Below, piece by piece: positions 1-11,391 of a stretch of DNA of 64,000 bases. How positions within the stretch are numbered: position 1 is the first letter of the stretch; the number at the start of each line of letters is the position of its first letter. The stretch lies in NCBI GenBank assembly GCA_028023455.1, contig JAQFVV010000010.1, positions 8,184,001-8,248,000 on the forward strand, given 5' to 3'. A program made the translations under genes and the position numbers. This stretch comes from Epiperipatus broadwayi (taxonomy: Eukaryota > Animalia > Onychophora). Under the pieces are notes generated by a model. The model had not been told where the DNA came from and made no database searches. It worked only from the letters and a program-made list of their open reading frames with translations.

Positions 1-874
1 TATATAGTGAAGATTTAAAGAATAAAATGAATATGAAAGAAGGAGAGATAGAATTTGAAAGTTTAATTTAAATTTAAAAATAGCCGTAGATATAAGCTGT
101 TGAGAATAATGATAATAATATTGCAAAATATATATTTTTACTAACTCCAATGAATCTTCAGAAAATAGGCTGCGAGAACAATAAAAAATATTTGTTTATC
201 ACCAGTAATTAATTACTACTGCAACATCTATATTATAAAACATTAATACTGTACTTTCATGCCAAGATACACACACACGCTCATAAATTTTTTGATACTT
301 ATTTTATTTAAAGTGAAAAATGAAAAGAGTGGAAGCATTGCCTTTAAGTTCTAAGTTTTTATCTTTATTTTCCTTTGACATCTGAATAAAGAAAATCATG
401 CAAGGTTTCCAACTAATTGTAAGACAAATCCAAAAGATTCTTAAAATGTCAAAAGAATACAGACAAAAAAAATTTGCAATAATACATTTTTGAAAAACTG
501 AAAATTTAAGTTACCAATAATAAATATTTTATGCAATTAAACTTTTATTGTAAGTCAAATTAAGATATTGTTTGCTAAAGCTTAATACAAAAATTTAATT
601 TTTATATCTTTTATTAAATTTCTATATATTTATATTGCTTTAAGCAATCTTTTGTTTAAAAATGTACTGAAAGTAAAAATCACCCCTTCCTCTAAAATAT
701 AGATTATTATTTTTGCATTTACTTACAATTGAAATATATTTTTCTATACTGTAATATTATATAAATTTAACATGTTCACAATATATATATAGTATAAAAT
801 ATTTTTATGACTATATGATGAAAATAAAGTCTTATTTGGGTTGCATTATGCTTTATCTTTTTGGTTAAATTTTC

Positions 875-910
875 AACATTTCGATGAAATAACATTCATT
901 CTTATGAAGG
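875..910 (-). ncRNA. Degenerate minimal hammerhead ribozyme motif (PLE tail)
   Basis: Minus strand: TTCATAA-G-AATGAA-tgttat-TTCATC-GAAA-TGTT. Stem II and GAAA are present, but core G5 is mutated to C. Confidence 0.5.
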
Positions 911-1721
911 CTAAGATTTTAATGAAGAACTGTTATATCTTAAGTAATATCAAAATTGAGTGTGAATTAAAGAACACGTTCAGAATAGATGGATACTTTC
1001 TTCTGTTTTACAATTAGTCGATTTATTAAAATTGATTTCAGAAGAAAGAGATAAATTAGTTTCTATGAGGCTGGAATTGTATTTTGTCACTTTTGTTTGA
1101 ACTATTTAATCTTTTTAATATTTCAATAGACTCTTTCATAGTTCTTAAATCATATTTTTCCAAATTATCTAGTATTTTAATATTATCAAAGTCAAGTACG
1201 TGATCAATTTTTAAAAAAATGCAATGTAAATACTGATGAAGTCAACTTTTGATTAAAGGCATTATTATGCTCTATAATATTGATACTAATACATCTATTT
1301 GATTGTATAGCTTCTTGAGCACTCAGTATTTAGGCTTATGAAAAAAGTCACCAATTTTTTGTTCCTGGAAATGGCAGACTTTATATTGAAGTTAGATATC
1401 TTTCTAATAATATTATCAATAACTCCTTTAATATAAAACAACCCTACTATTAGTTGAAGAGTTGTCAATTTTTATCATCTTTTCTCTTCTTAGTATTAGT
1501 ACTAAGTAAAGCCTATACATAATGTTTATACTTTAAACTATTAGAAAGTAGAATATTTTTAGTTAGTGTTATTTTTTGATAAAGATGATCTTTATCAGAC
1601 AAATATCTGCTTTCTTGTATACTTATAGTCCACCATCAAATATATATGTAAATGATCTTTCTTTAATTCAAATTCAGTTTCACTATTACTTAAGATGGAA
1701 CAGTTCTTCAATAATATCTTA

Positions 1722-1760
1722 GCCTTGATAAGGATGAATGTTATTTCATTGAAACATCAG
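1722..1760 (+). ncRNA. Minimal hammerhead ribozyme motif, U3-A8 core variant (PLE inverted tail)
   Basis: TTGATAA(1725-1731)-G-GATGAA-tgttat-TTCATT-GAAA(1751-1754)-CATC. Stem I is not well paired. Confidence 0.5.
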
Positions 1761-3899
1761 AAATTTTAACAAAGAAATAACACACGTATAACATAAATAA
1801 GACTTTATTTTCATATATATATATATTGTAACTATAATAAGGGTTATACTACAATACTAGAAAAAAAAAGTTTAATAAAACTCAGTGATTGACTAATAAA
1901 TGTACAATCTGCGCACGTGTCACTTGAGAATATACTGCCTAAAGGTTAAAAGAAAAATTAATTCATCCACATTATTAATATTATTAAATATTTACTTTGT
2001 GATATGTAAGGCAATAATAAATCACAATGTAAAAGGAAGAAAAAAAAGTACTTTTGATATGCAAAAGAATTGCATAGTTTTTATTTAAAAAAAAAAAAAA
2101 TTAAATTCAAACCTTATTTAATCTGCCTTTCAAATGGAAGGTATAATTAAAGAACGCATCCATTTTTATAGAAAATCAAATGGTGGATTTGAAAAAAAAA
2201 TTAAAATATTATAATTGATAACAGTTTATAAGTCATAATTAAAAAAGTAAAAGTGGACAGTAAATTTTCTTAATATATTAATGAAATGTAAATAAAGAGA
2301 GAAAAAGACAAGCTATTTGTATCTCTTTTTCTCTTATTTATAAAAAAATACATGATATAATGTAATAAAATTTGTATCCACAAGTAATCAGAATGTTTTT
2401 CAAAAAAATATATTGTTGTAATGATGCAAATATCATATATCCCCTAGCTGGTGACATATATGATGTTTGACAACCATGTTGTTTGAACAAGATTAGTTGA
2501 TTATAAATAGGTTGGAATCAAGCAATTAGACATTATTCTTATTACTATCATTTTAATTCTAAAAATCCAGCAGTTCATTCCATACTTTACATTAGAGTGC
2601 ATTCTAGTACTGAAGCCATAGTGCCATGATTCATGCTGAAAAAACAGCAATCCATGATTAAAACTTTCCCCCCACCCTAAGCCATATTTTACTGACTGTT
2701 TTTAAAGTATTTTTCAATAGTCCAGTTACAACAATCAGTATGATGCATTTATTTAGAAGAAATCAATTTACCATGTGTGACTAAATAACCATCACTCACT
2801 CCAGTCAAAACAATCTGGAAAATGCGGTCAGATCCAGAAATTAGTATTGAAGTTCAAAAAATCAGCTTGTGCAACACCTCTATAATGCCATAAAAGAAAT
2901 GGCTAGTGCCATATAAATTAATCAAGATCTACAGAACATCACTAGTATTTCTATATTTATTCTCTCTAACATCACCAGTATTCAAGAAGTAGACTATCAT
3001 TGGAAAAAACTAAGGAAGATAAGAATAAAATATTAAAAGAATGATACCTGAAAAAACCATGGTTACTGTTTTCCTATTTAACATAGTAAGATCATATCAT
3101 TATAAATGCTATAAAGGCCCTAAGATTAAACTCAAATTATCTTTTGTTACTGTAATGCTTTTGTGTGTGTGTCAAGAGTTGAAATGATATACACAACCAT
3201 TTTATTTATCTATTATTAATAAATTGTTAAATATTTTTTTATTAATCTATTTAGTTGCGTTTTTAACTAATATATGCTTTTAATATGCATATGCTAGCTA
3301 ATATTCACAGCCCTGAGAAATCATACAAACTATTGCAGGGCATGCTGGGATGGCAGTAATAATTGATGATTATCATTCCTTTAAAAACTTTTCCAAAAGT
3401 AAACTCTTTTTATGAAGTTTGCACTTTTGAGTTTGTATTTTTAGATTATAAATCATCATCATCATCATCACATTAATTAATATTATTATATATCTGAATT
3501 AAAATTTCTATTTGAATTTTATTACCCATTCAATTTATTATTTATTTGAACCAACATGTGCAGTACATATTTTTCATTTAATTTAAATTAAAATACCATA
3601 TTGGACATTTTTTTATCATTGCATAATTGGTAGAAACAACATTTCGAAATATGAACATCCCTTTATTTTCTTAAATTTCAGTCTTGTATGATACATATTG
3701 CACAAGCAACTTTGTGGCTTGAACATTCCATGCTTATTCCAACACAATTGTCAAATCATATCCAATTAGTATTTGGTATAATAAAGCAAAGTTATCAAAA
3801 GATTGTTAGTGTTTATTATAATCAAATATTAATATTAAAATTTAATATTTAAATTGAATTTATGGTTAATGAATTTTAACTATAATTAAGCAAATCACT

Positions 3900-4063
3900 C
3901 CAATTTGTAACAGAACAAAATATATTACTATTACCAGGTCTATAACTGAATAAGATTATGTTCTTTATGGCTGTATTCTGACCAATTTGTAACAGAACAA
4001 AATATACTATTATTACCATGTCTATAACTGAATAAGATTATGTTCTTTATGGCTGTATTCTGA
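3900..4063. repeat. Tandem duplication, 82-bp unit x2
   Basis: ccaatttgtaacagaacaaaatat...ggctgtattctga occurs at 3900-3981 and 3982-4063 with only a few mismatches. Confidence 0.95.
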
Positions 4064-5349
4064 CTTAATATAATATTCACTTTAATCAATAATGATTTAA
4101 GGTAAAATGCATGATTATTTAATTGCAATTACCATTATTCATCTTCAATAATTATCATACTTGTACCTTTATCAACCATCATATCAATTCATATATAATT
4201 TCTATCTTAATATAATTGTAACTTGTTATTAACAAAATAATTACAATAAGCTTCTAATTATTTATTAAATATTTAAAATATCAAATCAATTAATTTATTG
4301 CTATATAAAAATCTATACTATTCAGATAATAAACATTAAATTGAATATAAAGAAAATATGTAATTATACTCTCTTATCTATTTTATGGTTTGGATTTTGA
4401 ACTATTTTATAACTGCTTCTATTGAATTATGTGGTATAATCAATTAGTGAATATTGTCTTATCTAAGTATAATTAATCAATAAATTTGTATTGTAAAATT
4501 GAATGACGATCTATCAACTTTGTTTTAAATTAATTCAAAATTTATTAACACATGGATATAAATTATAATCAAATACATATATGACAAATAAAAATTTAAA
4601 ATATATTCATATGATTTGATTATGCTTTAAGCAATAGATTTTAAATTGACATTAATTCACTTAAATTAAATAGGTGATTGTATATCAAACTTCATCTATA
4701 AAATGCCCAAACTATAAATGTATATTTATGTAACATAGACATTATGAACTTTTCAAAATATAAGAGCATCAAGGACAATCTTAATATTCATATATATATA
4801 AAATATAGTTAATGGAAATAAAAATATACTAAAGATGAATCTACCTATAGCCTTCACATTATTCTAAGATAATAAAATAAAAATAAATATTTGAGATTAA
4901 CTTATATCAAAGAATAAAAAGATAACTATTTTTAAAATTAAAATAATAATTACTAAGTTATGAAATATAAATTTGAATTTAGAAAAACACAACTCTCTTA
5001 TACTTTAAGCATGTAAACAAATCTTTACTTATTTAAATTATATTATAGTTTATATTAATATGTAAGATACTGTTATATAAAAACAATATATATATATATG
5101 TTAATTCTAATGTTTTCATGGATAAAAGATGTCATATTATTATTACTATTTGCAGGATATTCCGTGTAGTGAAAAAGCTAAATGCTGACGTTTCAGTACA
5201 ATATCAAGTACCTTCCTCAGAGCATCCTCTTTCTCAAATCATAAGAATGCATGTGAGATATATATATATAATAGCAAATGGTCTGAGTACGTGTCTTTAA
5301 ATATATTTTTAAAATAGTATCATAGTTCTAATGTCTATTTCCTAAATCA

Positions 5350-5890
5350 CAATCTAACAATGTTTTGTTATTCCAGAAAAAGTAGAAATATCACAAAAAG
5401 CTATTAGATTTAAAGCACATTTTATTCATTCTGATATTTCCCAAATATCCAAATTATTCTTTCATTTAGCAGGTGTTTGATCTATGATGTTACCAGTGTA
5501 GAAATACTAGTTTATATCCATGATGATACAGTGTAGATATCCTTTCATTTAGAAAGTAATTAATTCATAAAACATTATAAATGAAAAGGCACTAGTTTCA
5601 TCCATGAGAATAAACCAATTTCTATATTGTGTATAAATAATCAACAAGCTCATAAAATTATATCAGCAGGTGAACATAATCTTTCTGTACATTTTTCTGT
5701 TGTTAGCATTTATCTTATCATTGAAAAGTAGGTAATATCTGTTTTTAAAGCAAAGACATCTGATGGTTTTTGAAATATTACGAATTAATTTTCATACTTT
5801 CAATAAATTGCTGCTTTTCACAAATCCTCAATAAATTTTATTCAGGGAATGGACAAACATTATTGCTTTCACCCATCATTCTATCCACTT
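5350..5890 (-). mobile_element. Possible pogo/Tigger-like DDE transposase remnant
   Basis: Minus-strand fragment NWFILMDETSAF resembles the first catalytic DET motif; surrounding frames are broken. Confidence 0.3.
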
Positions 5891-6019
5891 AATAATTATA
5901 TAACTTTAAAAATAAATTTAAAAAATCATAAGGAATTTAAATTCATTTTTATTGAAGCTAGGATAAGAGAGAGATCATTTAGTCTGTAATCACTAAACCA
6001 AGTCATTGTATTTACAAAT

Positions 6020-6207
6020 ATGTGATATAGGGAGCATACCAATAGCTCAAAACAAGCTTTTATTTAATAAGTTTGGCAAGAGAAAATATTTAAAATCTCT
6101 ATCTAGAATATTCTTGTCTCCAGACCAATTGGCTTTGAAATTATGACTCACCTTACTTATTAAATAAGAGCCTGTTTTGAGCTATTGGTATGTTCCCTAT
6201 ATCACAT
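6020..6207. mobile_element. 188-bp hairpin (MITE-like) element with ~53-bp inverted arms
   Basis: Arms 6020-6072 and 6155-6207 (atgtgatatagggagcataccaatagctcaaaac... and its inverse). The spacer is homologous to 18060-18200 on the opposite strand. Confidence 0.85.
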
Positions 6208-7699
6208 TTAGTCCGTTTAGTTCTATTTATATTCCATTGATGTAGAAGAAACTTTAGCAACACTCTGTATTAACCTTTTGGTCAATTCTAACCAGCATCC
6301 CATAAATAAAAATGTTATTACATAATAATAATAAATAAAAATAAATATTGTATAATTATTACATCTAATAAATATTCATGTTTTTTTTAAAAAAATACAA
6401 ATAAGATTCTTTTAATCCAATATAAACTAAAACTATTTATACTACATTCTCTCATTCCACAATGAAAATATACCTTTTACTCATATTTTTCAATACAATA
6501 TTATACAAATAAAATAACCAAAGATACTCAAAATATTAAACATTTAAGTGTATTATTTGTAATACTATTATGAATGCAGTAACGAAAATATACATAATAA
6601 AAAATATTAATAATTTCATCAGTGTGATAAACTTTATTATTTACACATTCATTTTTAAAATGAATAAAGTCAATTCACAATTTTTACAAACTATAATTAA
6701 TAATAAACATTTTTTCTCCAATATTATTTGTTGTCATAGCAATAGTTTAAAATATATTTTTTTAAAAATTAACATTATACCACATATTGTAATTTATTTC
6801 AAAATTTCAATAGGCACAATATATATAAGTTGCATTCCAGAAATATAAACAATCAATGAAATCTCTTGATTTATAAATGCATTAATCATATTGTGATGTC
6901 CATCATCTTATTAGCATAAAAGTTTTCACCAATTCTTTCTCACTCTGCATGTATTCACACACCAACCTCATAGAGATAGATCTATAAAATACATATATGT
7001 TGAGTAAGAAAGTACAAGAGATGATGTGAAATTTTAACAATGGTAAATAATAATGTTACAATGAATGTCAAAATACCTTCATGACAATGTGATATTTATT
7101 TTTTCTAAACTCTTTGAATATAGCTAAAAATTGTCTTAAATGTTGTATGTACATTAACTAGTGAGTGAAATTCAAGCTTTGAAATCAAATATATTACAAT
7201 TTGAATATATTTATACATAAAATTGGATAATTATTTCTCATGTGAAGTTTTAAAGGATTTCAATCTCTAAGTCATCTGAAGAATAGAGGTTAATCATGAA
7301 CTACATGTATAGTGATAGTTAGTGATATGTGAAGTTTACACTGGTGGATAGTCATATTATGATAGATATCAAAATATGAGGACTAATTGATAAATAAAGA
7401 GATTTGATTGGAATAAGTAAATAAATGAATATGGAATTAATCATATAAAATTTAGTTTATTATATATTAAATATATATATATAAATAAAAATTAATAACA
7501 TTCAACTTATGGCATGCTGCTATGCTATTGGTGATGAATCGCTATATTTATTTATATATTTAACATTCATGTACTATATTTTGTAAGTTTAATTCATTTC
7601 ATTCTATTATACATAATTTTTCAATTTTTTCTAAAAACATATTAAATCATCAAAGAATTTTTAATTTTAATTAGGTGCAACAAGATTACTTCTACTAAT

Positions 7700-7950
7700 T
7701 ATAAGGGATTTGAACACAGACTTTCAAGCTCCCTTCGGCTGTTCACTCCATCTTATATAGCTGATGCACACGACCACATACACGTGGATAAAATCTGGAT
7801 CGAATGATGAGTACTGGTTCAGCACAAACTACATATATTGGAGATCATTTATCTTTTTCACATGTATGTGGGTATTCATGTGTATTGGTTACATAAAATG
7901 GAATGGGTAGCTGAAGGGAACTTGAAAATGTGTGTTCAAATCCTCCATAG
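7700..7950 (+). mobile_element. Palindromic PLE-tail-derived element centred on a hammerhead motif
   Basis: Inverted arms ggatttgaacacagactttcaagctcccttcggct / agctgaagggaacttgaaaatgtgtgttcaaatcc. The right arm and centre are homologous to 36760-36900, 42840-42990 and 43345-43495. Confidence 0.8.
7792..7846 (+). ncRNA. Degenerate type I hammerhead ribozyme
   Basis: aatc-tgg-atcgaa-TGATGA-gtact-ggttc-agcac-AAAC-tacata-TA-ttgg. Aligns to the intact copy at 36844-36900, but C3, G12 and A15.1 are mutated. Confidence 0.65.
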
Positions 7951-8299
7951 TTACATTTAAAGGACCGTATAGTTCAATATACTTGTATTTAAATCAATGA
8001 GAGTTTAAAATAATTATATTTAATGCTGGTGTGTTTAAAAACATCTCACTCTAAATTGGTGAATAAAAATTAAAATTTAATAGTTGTATTTTTTTCTTTA
8101 GATAAGAAACAGAATCTCATCATCAGTTTTTGTTTAAATGGACTATTTCAGTTTGCTTTGGACATCTAAGTTCTGTTGCTAAAAATCTCAAACACTTAGG
8201 TTGTGAAACAAAGCTATTTTTTAATAGCTATAATAATAAAAAGAGTAATAATAAATGCTTTTAACATATTAGCATTTTGTGAATTAAAAATTCTGTTTT

Positions 8300-8421
8300 T
8301 TTTTTTTTTGTTTTTTTTTCATATGTCATAGCATTGGCCAGGAAGCGAACCCACAACTGTCTGCAACCAACTATTTGCTTGCAAGGCGATTACGATGATC
8401 TCTCGGCTAACAACGCTTGAC
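8300..8421 (-). mobile_element. tRNA-Gly-derived SINE (long variable-arm type, TGC at anticodon position)
   Basis: Minus strand: GTCAA-GCGTTGTTAGCCGAGAG...CTTGCAA...GGGTTCGCTTCCTGGCCAATGC-TATGACATATG-A tail. The tRNA-like part spans 8330-8416. Flanking direct repeat aaaaattct(g/a)ttttt. Confidence 0.8.
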
Positions 8422-9162
8422 CTAAAAAAAAAAAAATTCTATTTTTGTTTAAAAATTTATAAATTCAACAATGATGTTTCATTAATCTTTATTCTATGAT
8501 CTTCTTATACAATATTTAGAATATTTATCATAATCAAATAATAGATATTTGTTTTCATCATTTTTTTAAAAAAAATGAAATTCGTCCTTTTAAAAAGAGC
8601 ACTCTCATATTTCCTAATATAATCTCACTATACACATTCTCATGTTTGTTTTTATAGATAAGCTTCTTAAAACTTTTTTAGCATCTGTTTTATCTTCATT
8701 TCTTTAATTTTATTACATTGTTCAACATTTTATATTTTAACTTCTGTTGTCTTTCTTTATTTTTTTTATTCTTTGTATTTCTCTTTCAAATTACATAAGT
8801 CCCATCTTCTTATCTATATATATTCTCTATCAACTTCAACTAACTTTTTAAAATATTATCCAAATTAAAAAAAACAAAAACATTTCCATCCCATTAATCA
8901 CACCAAGTATTTATTGAACACACAAAACATGTAATTACATTTATATACTTCTGATAAAAACTTTTCTCTCATCTATACATTACTCATTTTGTCCACCATA
9001 AAGGCAGGGCTTTTATTTTGTAAAATAATATCAAATTTTCATTTTTTAAAACTTAATTAAGGTATTTAACATAAATGTGAACAGATTCTAAAGTTTTAAT
9101 CAAAACATTAAATGTTTGCCTTCGTTATATTATTCATTTTATTAACACAAATGCAAACACAT

Positions 9163-9265
9163 GTCTTGCATCGGTGGTCGAGAGGTCAGCGCGACTGCCT
9201 TGCACTAGCAGGCAGTTGCCTGGGTTGCGGGTTCGCGTCCCAGCCGATGCTATTACACTTAAAAA
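9163..9265 (+). mobile_element. tRNA-Gly-derived SINE
   Basis: GCATCGG(9168)...CCGATGC(9250) forms a perfect 7-bp acceptor stem with A- and B-box-like motifs and an A tail. 13-bp TSD aat(g/a)caaacacat at 9150-9162 and 9266-9278. Confidence 0.8.
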
Positions 9266-11061
9266 AATACAAACACATCCTATAGCACTATCAAGTAATA
9301 TATTTTTTAGAAAGAATAATAAATAATAAGTCATCCAGTAAGAAAATAACAAAAATTTAGCAATAATGAATTAACAAAACTATTTCTCTATCTCTAACTC
9401 TATTTATCACTGTTTCCAAATTGATTTTTAAGTTTTGTCTTTTCAATAAGAACAGGGTATTCAAAACTGAAATTAATCTAACTATACATCTGGAGCTCTT
9501 TTGTTTTATAATCGAGCCTTTAACTTGAAATTAAAAAACTTCAGATTTTAAATTCAGAGAATTTTCTTGTATAAAACTGTTATTACCAGTTCAGTTATTA
9601 TACATTTAGTAGTCTTAGTATGCACCCAGAGCCACTGTATGCCGGTGTATAGGTTGTGCAGGGCACAAAGGTACTTCATCAATGCAGGCACAAAACTGTA
9701 GTAATAATTAATAAAATAAATGCTTAGTTTTAAGAATCACTCTACTTTTAGAAACACATTCTGACTCAAAAATACTTAGAAAAAAATTCTGATTGCAAAT
9801 ATTTGTTATTTAAATATAAGATGTTTAATTTTTTTACTCAGAATTGTGACAATTGATTGAAATATACTAAATATTATATTGTTTATGACTAAACCAAATA
9901 GACTGGTGACATTTTGCTGTGATAATTTAATAAAATTTATATGTAAATAAAAGCCTTCCAAATTATTTTTCTTTAAGCATCCAAATTTATATAAAAAATG
10001 AGATATTATCAATAATTTATTTAAAAATAAACTTATTTAAAACATATTACCTCATAATAATTATGCATAGTAAGTAATATGATTTATCATTCATATTTTG
10101 TAAGATCTTTTATTGTGTATTTCATATGGCTGTAGGGTTAGAATATCAGAATCTAAAATATGGGTTTTGTGGGTTGATTCCATTGCAGACTCATACTATT
10201 TTACAACCATATTATCTTATTTTTCTTTTTAATACTAATATTATCTTTTTTAAATACTGATATTTTTTTTTTACATTTTATTAATTTGCTTTCATTGGAT
10301 TGGGACTGTCATGAAATTTGCTATTTATCTAAAATTCATAATTGATCCATAATATTAACCAAATACCTAATGATTCAAATCCAAGAAAAACAGAATTAAT
10401 AAAAAATAATTTGTTAAATAGATATTATTCTGCACCTTTCAATAAAATGTTATGATTTAATGCCTTTCTGTTGATTGTAAAAACCACACAACATTACTTG
10501 TAATTTCTATATTGGAAAAGTACCTACAAAATTCTTAGTCAATTCTAGTGGAAGAAAGCAATTGTTTGATTTTTTTAGTTATTATAATTTATCATTAAAT
10601 AGAAGAAAGTATAAGGCATGGTGTAAAGGCTTCTAAAAATTATCAAATAAACACTATAAGCATGAAGATTTCTTGCTCTAGATACCTGACTATATAGTGT
10701 GACTAAGTTTTTAGACTTAAATAACAAGTATACAAAAAATTAAACCATAAAGTAGTATAAATATTCTACTATTAAATAAACATTTGAGAAACTAACTTTA
10801 ACTTTGTTAACAGTAAGCATAAGTTATACATGAGAGATTCTGAATGAATCAAAGTAAAAACAATAGTTATTTTTAATTAAATAATGTGTTAGTTAGAGTT
10901 GATCTACTAAAAGCTAATCATTATTTATCACATTGTGGCCACCAAAGTCTGAAGAGTTAATATGTAAATAAAAAGATCAAAGTGTGAATTATTATAATTT
11001 TTATTATTCTACTGTATGTTTTGTTAGACAAAATTATATAGAATTCACTTTGTTTGAATTA

Positions 11062-11391
11062 AAACAGATACAAAACTCTCCATACATTAGTGCCACCATG
11101 TGCAAGCCAGAGTAATCAATGGCTGCAAGAAGGCTTAGCATAAAATTCATGTCTAGGGCCTATTCATCCAATATCCTTAGACTGGTTTCTAGCTTATGGC
11201 TTTTATCAGTGAGGAGCCTTGGATCTGAGAGCACTGCATTTAGATCTTAGGATTTAATACAATCCTCTATCAGCCACAAGTCCAAAATTAAAGTACAATA
11301 ATGTTTTCAAGCCAAGCTCATTCACTTGCATACAATGATTACTCTGGCTTGCACTGGTTGGCATTACTGTATGGAAAGCTTTGCTCTGTTT
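11062..11391. mobile_element. ~330-bp MITE-like element with ~60-bp TIRs
   Basis: ccatacattagtgccaccatgtgcaagccagagtaatca / tgattactctggcttgcactggttggcattactgtatgg. Ends are related to 48136-48243 and the interior to 14560-15160. Confidence 0.8.

Larger units (their letters stand above)
875..1760 (-). mobile_element. Penelope-like element remnant (RT thumb to GIY-YIG end) with inverted pseudo-LTR tails
   Basis: Minus strand ~1070-1220 reads DHVLDFDNIKILDNLEKYDLRTMKESIEILKRLNSSNK, resembling the C-terminal half of PLE GIY-YIG endonucleases; a VYKK motif lies near 1620. A ~45-bp tail is present at 875-920 (minus) and as an inverted copy at 1715-1760 (plus). Many stops and frameshifts. Confidence 0.7.

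Noticed and set aside
1232-1262. CTGATGA followed by a hairpin (agtcaa/ttgatt)
   Set aside because: Followed by TAAA/AAAG rather than GAAA, has no stems I or III, and lies antisense within a PLE coding remnant.
2400-3060. Possible Tc1/mariner transposase relic (FFQH-like on the minus strand)
   Set aside because: Only one weak motif, which I could not extend by eye.
8330-8416. G3.U70 alanine identity pair together with a TGC anticodon
   Set aside because: The same G.U occurs in the Gly(TCC) copy at 63414 and is explained by CpG decay (CGC to TGC); the anticodon stem is also broken.
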